Assembly (NCBI GenBank): GCA_950097015.1
Contig: CATNEN010000038.1
Span: forward strand, 30,566,001-30,630,000
DNA length: 64,000 nucleotides
Direction: 5' to 3'
Source of the DNA: Macrostomum hystrix
Taxonomy: Eukaryota > Animalia > Platyhelminthes
In this document: piece after piece, positions 40,001-52,000 of the stretch
Layout: every line of letters begins with the position of its first letter
Numbering within the stretch: position 1 is the first letter of the stretch
Translations under genes and position numbers: made by a program
The notes under the pieces: generated by a model
Databases searched by the model: none
What the model was told of the DNA's origin: nothing
Seen by the model: the letters and a program-made list of their open reading frames with translations, nothing else

Positions 40001-43000
40001 GATGGGAGAAGAATAGAGATGGGAGAAGGATAGAGATGGGAGAAGGATAGAGATGGGAGAAGGATAGAGATGAGAGAAGAATAGAGATGAGAGAAGGATA
40101 GAGATGGGAGAAGGACAAAGATGGGAGAAGGATAGAGATGGGAGAAGGACAAAGATGGGAGAAGGATAGAGATGGGAGAAGAATAGAGATGGGAGAAGGA
40201 TAGAGATGGGAGAAGGACAAAGATGGGAGAAGGATAGAGATGGGAGAAGAATAGAGATGGGAGAAGGATAGAGATGGGAGAAGAATAGAGATGGGAGAAG
40301 GATAGAGATGGGAGAAGAATAGAGATGGGAGAAGGTTACAGATGGGAGAAGGATAGAGATGGGAGAAGAATAGAGATGGGAGAAGGACAAAGATGGGAGA
40401 AGGATAGAGATGGGAGAAGAATAGAGATGGGAGAAGGATAGAGATGGGAGAAGGACAAAGATGGGAGAAGGATAGAGATGGGAGAAGAATAGAGATGGGA
40501 GAAGGATAGAGATGGGAGAAGGACAAAGATGGGAGAAGGATAGAGATGGGAGAAGAATAGAGATGGGAGAAGAATAGAGATGGGAGAAGAATAGAGATGG
40601 GAGAAGAATAGAGATGGGAGAAGAATAGAGATGGGAGAAGGATAGAGATGGGAGAAGGACAAAGATGGGAGAAGGATAGAGACGGGAGAAGAATAGAGAT
40701 GGGAGAAGAATAGAGATGGGAGAAGAATAGAGATGAGAGAAGAATAGAGATGGGAGAAGGATAGAGATGGGAGAAGAATAGAGATGGGAGAAGGAAAGAG
40801 ATGGGAGAAGGATAGAGATGGGAGAAGGAAAGAGATGGGAGAAGGAAAGAGATGGGAGAAGAATAGAGATGGGAGAAGAATAGAGATGGGAGAAGAATAG
40901 AGATGGGAGAAGAATAGAGATGGGAGAAGGAAAGAGATGGGAGAAGGAAAGAGATGGGAGAAGGATAGAGATGGGAGAAGGATAGAGATGGGAGAAGGAT
41001 AGAGATGGGAGAAGAATAGAGATGGGAGAAGAATAGAGATGGGAGAAGGAAAGAGATGGGAGAAGGAAAGAGATGGGAGAAGGAAAGAGATGGGAGAAGA
41101 ATAGAGATGGGAGAAGGAAAGAGATGGGAGAAGGATAGAGATGGGAGAAGAATAGAGATGGGAGAAGGAAAGAGATGGGAGAAGGAAAGAGATGGGAGAA
41201 GGATAGAGATGGGAGAAGAATAGAGATGGGAGAAGGTTACAGATGGGAGAAGGATAGAGATGGGAGAAGGAAAGAGATGGGAGAAGAATAGAGATGGGAG
41301 AAGGATAGAGATGGGAGAAGGAAAGAGATGGGAGAAGGAAAGAGATGGGAGAAGGATAGAGATGGGAGAAGGATAGAGATGGGAGAAGGATAGAGATGGG
41401 AGAAGGATAGAGATGGGAGAAGGATAGAGATGGGAGAAGAATAGAGATGGGAGAAGGATAGAGATGGGAGAAGAATAGAGATGGGAGAAGGTTACAGATG
41501 GGAGAAGGATAGAGATGGGAGAAGAATAGAGATGGGAGAAGAATAGAGATGGGAGATGGAAAGAGATGGGAGAAGGAAAGAGATGGGAGAAGGATAGAGA
41601 TGGGAGAAGAATAGAGATGGGAGAAGGATAGAGATGGGAGAAGGATAGAGATGGGAGAAGAATAGAGATGGGAGAAGAATAGAGATGGGAGAAGAATAGA
41701 GATGGGAGAAGAATAGAGATGGGAGAAGAATAGAGATGGGAGAAGGATAGAGATGGGAGAAGAATAGAGATGGGAGAAGGAAAGAGATGGGAGAAGGATA
41801 GAGATGGGAGAAGGAAAGAGATGGGAGAAGGAAAGAGATGGGAGAAGAATAGAGATGGGAGAAGAATAGAGATGGGAGAAGAATAGAGATGGGAGAAGAA
41901 TAGAGATGGGAGAAGGAAAGAGATGGCAGAAGGAAAGAGATGGGAGAAGGATAGAGATGGGAGAAGGATAGAGATGGGAGAAGGATAGAGATGGGAGAAG
42001 AATAGAGATGGGAGAAGAATAGAGATGGGAGAAGGAAAGAGATGGGAGAAGGAAAGAGATGGGAGAAGGAAAGAGATGGGAGAAGAATAGAGATGGGAGA
42101 AGGAAAGAGATGGGAGAAGGATAGAGATGGGAGAAGAATAGAGATGGGAGAAGGAAAGAGATGGGAGAAGGAAAGAGATGGGAGAAGGATAGAGATGGGA
42201 GAAGAATAGAGATGGGAGAAGGTTACAGATGGGAGAAGGATAGAGATGGGAGAAGGAAAGAGATGGGAGAAGAATAGAGATGGGAGAAGGATAGAGATGG
42301 GAGAAGGAAAGAGATGGGAGAAGGAAAGAGATGGGAGAAGGATAGAGATGGGAGAAGGATAGAGATGGGAGAAGGATAGAGATGGGAGAAGGATAGAGAT
42401 GGGAGAAGGATAGAGATGGGAGAAGAATAGAGATGGGAGAAGGATAGAGATGGGAGAAGAATAGAGATGGGAGAAGGTTACAGATGGGAGAAGGATAGAG
42501 ATGGGAGAAGAATAGAGATGGGAGAAGAATAGAGATGGGAGATGGAAAGAGATGGGAGAAGGAAAGAGATGGGAGAAGGATAGAGATGGGAGAAGAATAG
42601 AGATGGGAGAAGGATAGAGATGGGAGAAGGATAGAGATGGGAGAAGGATAGAGATGGGAGAAGAATAGAGATGGGAGAAGAATAGAGATGGGAGAAGAAT
42701 AGAGATGGGAGAAGAATAGAGATGGGAGAAGGTTAGAGATGGGAGAAGGATAGAGATGGGAGAAGGATAGAGATGGGAGAAGAATAGAGATGGGAGAAGA
42801 ATAGAGATGGGAGAAGAATAGAGATGGGAGAAGAATAGAGATGGGAGAAGAATAGAGATGGGAGAAGGATAGAGATGGGAGAAGAATAGAGATGGGAGAA
42901 GGAAAGAGATGGGAGAAGGATAGAGATGGGAGAAGGAAAGAGATGGGAGAAGGAAAGAGATGGGAGAAGAATAGAGATGGGAGAAGAATAGAGATGGGAG

Positions 43001-46000
43001 AAGAATAGAGATGGGAGAAGAATAGAGATGGGAGAAGGAAAGAGATGGGAGAAGGAAAGAGATGGGAGAAGGATAGAGATGGGAGAAGGATAGAGATGGG
43101 AGAAGGATAGAGATGGGAGAAGAATAGAGATGGGAGAAGAATAGAGATGGGAGAAGGAAAGAGATGGGAGAAGGAAAGAGATGGGAGAAGGAAAGAGATG
43201 GGAGAAGAATAGAGATGGGAGAAGGAAAGAGATGGGAGAAGGATAGAGATGGGAGAAGAATAGAGATGGGAGAAGGAAAGAGATGGGAGAAGGAAAGAGA
43301 TGGGAGAAGAATAGAGATGGGAGAAGAATAGAGATGGGAGATGGAAAGAGATGGGAGAAGGAAAGAGATGGGAGAAGGATAGAGATGGGAGAAGAATAGA
43401 GATGGGAGAAGGATAGAGATGGGAGAAGGATAGAGATGGGAGAAGGATAGAGATGGGAGAAGAATAGAGATGGGAGAAGAATAGAGATGGGAGAAGAATA
43501 GAGATGGGAGAAGAATAGAGATGGGAGAAGGTTAGAGATGGGAGAAGGATAGAGATGGGAGAAGGATAGAGATGGGAGAAGAATAGAGATGGGAGAAGAA
43601 TAGAGATGGGAGAAGAATAGAGATGGGAGAAGAATAGAGATGGGAGAAGAATTGAGATGGGAGAAGGATAGAGATGGGAGAAGAATAGAGATGGGAGAAG
43701 GAAAGAGATGGGAGAAGGATAGAGATGGGAGAAGGAAAGAGATGGGAGAAGGAAAGAGATGGGAGAAGAATAGAGATGGGAGAAGAATAGAGATGGGAGA
43801 AGAATAGAGATGGGAGAAGGATAGAGATGGGAGAAGGAAAGAGATGGGAGAAGGAAAGAGATGGGAGAAGGATAGAGATGGGAGAAGGATAGAGATGGGA
43901 GAAGGATAGAGATGGGAGAAGGATAGAGATGGGAGAAGGATAGAGATGGGAGAAGAATAGAGATGGGAGAAGGATAGAGATGGGAGAAGAATAGAGATGG
44001 GAGAAGGTTACAGATGGGAGAAGGATAGAGATGGGAGAAGAATAGAGATGGGAGAAGAATAGAGATGGGAGATGGAAAGAGATGGGAGAAGGAAAGAGAT
44101 GGGAGAAGGATAGAGATGGGAGAAGAATAGAGATGGGAGAAGGATAGAGATGGGAGAAGGATAGAGATGGGAGAAGGATAGAGATGGGAGAAGAATAGAG
44201 ATGGGAGAAGAATAGAGATGGGAGAAGAATAGAGATGGGAGAAGAATAGAGATGGGAGAAGGTTAGAGATGGGAGAAGTATAGTGAGTAGTATATTGACG
44301 TGAGATAGAAAGTGTGATCTGTGATTTTTAATTCATTTAGATTCATGAAAAGTTCGATTCCCATCAAACAGGACGTGAGGACAAAATCCTGCATCGCCTA
44401 GGAAAGTGAAAAATCCCAAAGAAAGACTGTGTCACCGGATTCGAGTCAACGAAAGCAGCAATGTCAAGTCACGCTGGATAAATATAGGCGAAGTTGAGTT
44501 GGGTAGAAAAGCAATTTGGTGAAGTCAATTCGTGTTGCTGGACACAGCAAACATTTAGGAAACGTTTTAGCAAGACTTTGACGCGACAGAAAGTGGCCGT
44601 ATGCAGCCGGCTCGAAGGGTATAGGGAAAAAAGAAAGAGAACGGTGGACAATAAGTAAAATAATTATGTAATTCTAGACTGTTACGTAACCGTGTCTTTG
44701 CTTTTATTTGGCCTTCCATTTCATAGTTTATTATCTCAGTTAAGATTGCCTACGTGGCAAAAACTGATGGATAAAAGTAGCTAGCTATCTTCTTCTCAAT
44801 AGAAGATATTTATTTCTGATCACGAATTTTATTCAGGGGAAGGTTGGGGTAGATAGGTAGGTAGATTAGGTCCGGAAGTTGATTATAGATTCGCTAATCC
44901 AAGGTCTGGTTTATAATGATTGCTATTGGGACACACGAGCGACGTGTATCGATAGAGAGAAGAGTGAAGAGAGGAGAGAGTAAGAGAGAAGAGAATAAGA
45001 GAGAAGAGAGTAAGAGAGAAGAGAGTAAGAGAGAAGAGTGAAGAGAGGAGAGAGTAAGAGAGAAGAGAATAAGAGAGAAGAGAGTAAGAGAGGAGAGAGT
45101 AAGAGAGTAGAGAGTAAGAGAGTAGAGAGTAAGAGAGGAGAGAGTAAGAGAGGAGAGAGTAAGAGAGGAAAGAGTAAGAGAGTAGAGTAAGAGAGGAGAG
45201 AGTAAGAGAGGAGAGAGTAAGAGAGTAGAGTAAGAGAGGAGAGAGTAAGAGAGTAGAGAGTAAGAGAGTAGAGAGTAAGAGAGTAGAGAGTGAGAGAGAA
45301 AAGAGAAGAGAGTAAGAGAGTAGAGAGTAAGAGAGTAGAGTAAGAGAGGAGAGAGTAAGAGAGGAGAGAGTAAGAGAGGAAAGAGTAAGAGAGTAGAGTA
45401 AGAGAGGAGAGAGTAAGAGAGGAGAGAGTAAGAGAGGAGAGAGTAAGAGAGGAGAGAGTAAGAGAGTAGAGAGTAAGAGAGTAGAGAGTAAGAGAGTAGA
45501 GAGTGAGAGAGAAAAGAGAAGAGAGTAAGAGAGTAGAGAGTAAGAGAGTAGAGTAAGAGAGGAGAGAGTAAGAGAGGAGAGAGTAAGAGAGGAGAGAGTA
45601 AGAGAGTAGAGAGTAAGAGAGGAGAGAGTAAGAGAGAAGAGAGTAAGAGAGAAGAGAGTAAGAGAGTAGAGAGTAAGAGAGGAGAGAGTAAGAGAGTAGA
45701 GAGTAAGAGAGTAGAGAGTAAGAGAGTAGAGAGTAAGAGAGTAGAGAGTGAGAGAGAAGAGAGAAGAGAGTAAGAGAGTAGAGAGTGAGAGAGAAGAGAG
45801 AAGAGAGTAAGAGAGGAGAGAGTAAGAGAGGAGAGAGTAAGAGAGTAAGAGAGGAGAGAGTAAGAGAGGAGAGAGTAATAGAGAAGAGAGTAAGAGAGAA
45901 GAGAGTAAGAGAGGAGAGAGTAAGAGAGGAGAGAGTAAGAGAGGAGAGAGTAAGAGAGGAGAGAGTAAGAGAGAAGAGAGAAGAGAGAAGAGAGTGAAAG

Positions 46001-49000
46001 AGGAGAAAGTAAGAGAGAAGAGAGTAAGAGAGTGAGAGAGGAGAAAGTAAGAGAGAAGAGAGTGAGAGAAGAGAGAAGAGAGAAGAGAGTATGAGAGAAG
46101 AGAGTAAATTGGTATGGCATTTGCGAAAGTCTACTGGAGCACGTGAATACAATCTATGAAGTTTTTGTAACAAAAAAATATATCCAGAAACTTACTGTTC
46201 GTTTTATAACTGAGGATGCGCTGCTAAATATATTTCTCTCCGAACAAGCGTCTTAGATACGTAAATCTGATAGATTATAGACTGTGTCGAAACACACCTG
46301 CTTCTAAAATGATCTATAGAATTATATCACGAATACTGGAATATCTGACAGCCAAGCGACTGTTTCATATGGTGCCAGCCAATGAGAAATGAGAATGCTT
46401 GCTCCCCTGGGGTGCTGTCGGCTGTTCCCAAGTCTTCTGTGATTTCGGACCAATGAATTTTTGTTTCTACCAAGAAGATGTAAGAGACATTTTTTTGATC
46501 AGCTCTTTGTTATGTCGTGCATGGCAACTAGGATGTAACTATGGTCAAACCCAGATTACTGATCCCCAGATTACTCATCCCCAGATCCCAGATCCCTAGA
46601 TCTCAGATCCCCAGATCCCAGATCCCCAGATCCCTGATTCTCAGATCCCCAGATTCCTGATCCCCAGATCCATGATCCCCAGATCCATAATCCCCAGATC
46701 CATGATCCTAGATCCCTGATCCTAGATCCCTGATCCCCAGATTCCTGATCCCCAGATTCCTGATCCCCAGATCCATGATCCCCAGATCCATGATCCCCAG
46801 ATCCATGATCCCCAGATCCCTGATCCCCAGATCCCTGAGCCCAGATCCCCAGATCCATGATCCCCAGATCCCTGATCCCCAGATCCCTGATCCCCAGATC
46901 CCTGATCCCCAGATCCCTGAGCCCAGATCCCCAGATCCATGATCCCCAGATCCCTGATCCCCAGATCCCTGAGCCCAGATCCCCAGATCCCTGATCCCCT
47001 GATCCCTGATCCCCAGATCCCTGATCCCTAGATCCCTGATCCCTAGATTCCTGATTGCAAGTCAAATCAGGGAGCACTTAGAGATCTTGAATTTTCTAGC
47101 CCTTTAAACTGATGATCATTACTATTTTTCCTGCCAACTTCTTAGTAGCATCATTTCCTTAACTTCAATGCTTCACACTTCATCTTTTCAGTTGAAAAGC
47201 GAGCTTTTTTAAAGCTGCACAATGGATGGGACACTACAAAAGCCTACAGAGATTAAAAATTGGAACTGTCTGGCACATCCCTTTGAGATTCTATTTACCA
47301 CAAGTTCAGGCATTGCGGCCCCAGTAGCTCAAGTCATTATTGATTCTAGCCAAAAGTAGGCTTGAATAATAGTCTCATTCATCGCGAAAAAGTATGCTAA
47401 ACTAGCTCCTATTAACTAGTGACAAACGGCAGGTAAATATAAAACGGCAAGAAATTTGGGTTCTAATAATCGCTACTCACTACTTCCAGTAGACAAGGTG
47501 GACAGGCCGCAAACTTCTTCTCTGTCGGCCAGGCAGACAGACACTCTGTAGAGCAGATTCCGATTAATTCCAGATACAATCGCGGGGGTTGCATTGCCTA
47601 TAGGCAGGCAGTACTGATAAAGCGACCATGACAAGCCGGCATCTTCTGAGACCTCAATTCTTAAACAATAGTCTTGAGCAGCGGCTAGAGTGACTGACAG
47701 TTTAGTACCGTCTTCGTTTAGTTGAACGCGAATCGGTTTCGGCAGGGACAGACTGGCTGTCACCTGGCTGACAGCGGCACTGTAATTGCTCTGGCCTAAC
47801 TCGTTCAGGCCGTAGATCTGAAAACAATTGATCGAAGTTGAAAATGTCTCTTTTGATGCAGTGATGTCTGCTTTTAAGTAATATGGGACATCTTCTGTGG
47901 CCCTTAAAAGGGCCGTTTGAAACAGGAATTTTCAGGCTGTCCTAATTTAGGCCGTTTTATAATCGCTCATTACCACATCTAAATATATCTAACCTTATTT
48001 GCCCTCTTAATATCGTGCTGACTACAGTAACTTGATTGCAATGGGGCAGTCTATTTGAAAGGCAGCGCTTATCAACTCGAATACAACTCACCTGGATGGT
48101 GTAATTAGTGCCAGGCATCAGGCCTGTGATGTTAGTCCTAGTTGAGGTGTCACATCGCCTGTTGGCAATCCTAACCTGGCCGGTGGATCTGTCCCTAGTC
48201 AGCAGTCGGCTCCAGTATTGCACCGGACTGCCGCCTGAGAAGGCCGTCGACCACGTCAGCGCTACGAAATCCCAACCAGCCGAGAGTACTCGCAGCTGAG
48301 TTGGAGCGTCCGGTGTCGTTGGCGACAGGACGCGAAATGTCACCCGAGCGCTGCCCAGCCGATTCGTTGCTATGCAGGTGTACAAGCCAAGAGCAGTCAC
48401 TCGCTCTAGGCGGCTCAGGTATTGATAAGGCGTGCTCGGATCTGCCTCAAATCGTGCGGACGTGTCGAAGCTGACAGAATTGCCCGCTGGCCTCTCAAAC
48501 TGCCACCTGATGATGGGCCTCGGCTGTGCCAGCACTGGACAGCTGAAGTCCACGGAGTTGCCGTCCGGTTTGGCGATCTTTGTCTCCACTGGCACAATCT
48601 GCGGCTCGACTGGGTGACAGGGTGACTGATTGACAGAGTGACTGATTGACAGAGTGACTGATTGACAGGGTGACTGATTGACAGGGTGACTGATTGACAG
48701 GGTGACTGATTGACAGGGTGACTGATTGACAGGGTGACTGATTGACAGAGTGACTGATTGACAGAGTGACTGATTGACAGAGTGACTGATTGACAGGGTG
48801 ACTGATTGACAGAGTGACTGATTGACAGAGTGACTGATTGACAGGGTGACTGATTGACAGAGTGACTGATTGACAGAGTGACTGATTGACAGAGTGACTG
48901 ATTGACAGGGTGACTGATTGACAGAGTGACTGATTGACAGAGTGACTGATTGACAGAGTGACTGATTGACAGGGTGACGGATTGAAAGAGTTAAATAAAA

Positions 49001-52000
49001 AACATTTACAAAGTTGACAGAAAAAAACCTACATTCTACATTCAACCGAATCCCAGACGAAATTTTGCCTCTCTTGTTGGTGGCCTCGCACAGGAACAGT
49101 CCGTTGTCCTCCGGCCTGAGTTGTCCGTTGAGTCGTTGAGCTCCGCGGAAATTCAGGTAACTTGTTGTGCGAATTCTAGAAAGATTCGGGAAGTTTAGAG
49201 TGCTCTAGTCGCGAGTGGCCAGTCGCAGTCAGCTCAATCGATTTCCTTACCCTCCTGTAACATCGCCATCCGCAGCGCTGGAGGTCTCCACGTTGAACCA
49301 CTCGGCTGGAATGAGTCGTCCGTCTTTGTACCAGGCAAAGCTGGCCTCCGGTTTGGCTCTAGCAGTGCAGACCAGACGAAACGCGTTCTTGACAGCGGAC
49401 ACGGAAGCCGTGAGCGGCTGGCGCGGCTGCGCTTCCAACCATTCCGGCGCCTGTTCCACATCGACGCCGAGGGAGATCATTGGTCCCTGGCCGGCTGAAT
49501 TGGACGGCGTGCAAAAATACATCCCGGAATCTGGGAGTGACACGTTAGGCAGGGACATAGTCGGTCCCAGAGATTCGAACAGCGAGCCCGACTTGGTCCA
49601 GCGGAAAGTCGGAGATGGCACACCTGTAATCAAATGGGAAATTTTGCTGCTCCTGTCACTTGGGTCACTCTTCGACGACTCTAGTCACTCTAGTCACTCT
49701 AGTCACTCTAGTCAGTCTAGTCACTCTAGTCACTCTAGTCACTCTAGTCAGTCTAGTCACTCTAGTCACTCTAGTCACTCTAGTCAGTGTAGTCACTCTA
49801 GTCACTCTAGTCACTCTAGTCAGTCTAGTCACTCTAGTCACTCTAGTCACTCTAGTCACTCTAGTCAGTCTAGTCACTCTAGTCAGTCTAGTCACTCTAG
49901 TCCCACTGTCACTCACCCGGACTATCAGCGTTAGCCGAGCAGGCTACAGTGAGAGTCTCTCCCCGCACCAGCTGTCTGGACGTAGCCGAAGTGACTGGCA
50001 ATCCGGGAGCATACTCAACAATGACTGTTATATCGGCCGAGCCCTGACGTTGAACAGGCGAGCCGATGGTCGGTGTGAGTACATTGGTATACTGGCACTG
50101 CCACACCCCGGCGTCTGTTCGATCTGCCCGCTCGATCAGCAGGCTGGCTCCGGCTCCGGACACCGTCCGACCGCTGGTCGCGTGACGCCAGACAATGCCG
50201 GCAGTCGGCGCTGGCGGATTTGAATCGGCCGAGCATTCTATTGACAGCCTGTCGCCAGCTCTGACGGTCACGGAGCTGGGTCCGCTGACTCTCGGGCCGT
50301 ACTGGATGTCAATGTTGAAGCTGGCGTTGCTGGAACCCAGCTGGTTCGAGCCGATGCAGCGGTAGATACCGGACTGACTGGGCTGATGGGCAGTCAGCCT
50401 GTAGCTCACTTTCAGCGGCGAGACGGCTGCGAATATTGGAAAAGGATTAAATATAACATGCCAAAAATAAAAAAAGTACAGAATAACAAATAAATAAAAA
50501 ATAACAACAAGAATACCGAAAAACTGAATAACAAACATACAGAATAAAAATCATACAGTATAACAAATAAACTGTATAACAAACATACAGAATAACAAAC
50601 AAATAGTATAACAAACATTCAGAATAACAAACAAACAGAATAACAAACATAGAGAATAACAAACATACAGAATAAAAATCATACAGTATAACAAACATAC
50701 AGTATAACAAACATTCAGAATAACAAACAAACAGAATAACAAACATTCGGAATAACAAACATACAGAATAACAAACATACAGAATAAAAATCATACAGTA
50801 TAACAAAAATACAGAATAACAAACAAAAAGTATAACAAACATTCAGAATAACAAACAAACAGAATAACAAACAAACAAAAAATCACAACATGTATATTAA
50901 AAAACATAATTAAAAACTAACATAATTACAGACAAACAAAAAACAAACAGAATAACGAACTGAGAGAAAAACAAATATAACAAATTAGTAGAATAACAAA
51001 ATTCTCGTAAAATTTAATGTTATAAAAAATAAACCGTTCAATGTTTTCAGACAAGCGGGAAGCAAAAGGTCAAACCAAACCACAAATGACATTTCATATA
51101 GTTAGTTTCATTACTTTTCATTACTTAATGCACACAAACGCATGCCTCTTTCCTGCAGTAGTCTAATACGAAAATTGCGTAAAAAATTAAAACCTGATAG
51201 AATTTCTCCAACGCTATTCTCTAGTCGAACAGCTGGATCCGGGTTTCCAGTTGCAGAACACTCGATGACTGACTCGGAGCCAAGCACCATGACCAATGGT
51301 GGCATCGATGTCACAATGGGCTTGTCTGTAATTACAAAATGTGCTCACATTGTTTAAACAGTCTAAAAACTATCCTAACAGGTAAGTAAACCAGTCTAAC
51401 AGGTGACTAAACTAGTCTAACAGGTAACTAAACTAGTCTAACAGGTAACTAAACTAGTCTAACAGGTAACTAAACTAGTCTAACAGGTGACTAAACTAGT
51501 CTAACAGGTAACTAAACTAGTCTAGCAGGTGACTAAACTAGTCTAACAGGTAACTAAACTAGTCTAACAGGTAACTAAACTAGTCTAACAGGTAACTAAA
51601 CTAGTCTAACAGGTAACTAAACTAGTCTAACAGGTGACTAAACTAGTCTAACAGGTAACTAAACTAGTCTAACAGGTAACTAAACTAGTCTAACAGGTGA
51701 CTAAACTAGTCTAACAGGTAACTAAACTAGTCTAACAGGTGACTAAACTAGTCTAACAGGTAACTAAACTAGTCTAACAGGTAACTAAACTAGTCTAACA
51801 GGTGACTAAACTAGTCTAACAGGTAACTAAACTAGTCTAACAGGTGACTAAACTAGTCTAACAGGTAACTAAACTAGTCTAACAGGTAACTAAACTAGTC
51901 TAACAGGTGACTAAACTAGTCTAACAGGTAACTAAACTAGTCTAACAGGTAACTAAACTAGTCTAACAGGTAACTAAACTAGTCTAGCAGGTAACTAAAC

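Noticed and set aside
36967-46173. Long repetitive ORFs (LYKRFW, SHLYPSPISILL, LLSYS)
   Set aside because: Stop-free frames of 18-, 17- and 15-bp satellites.
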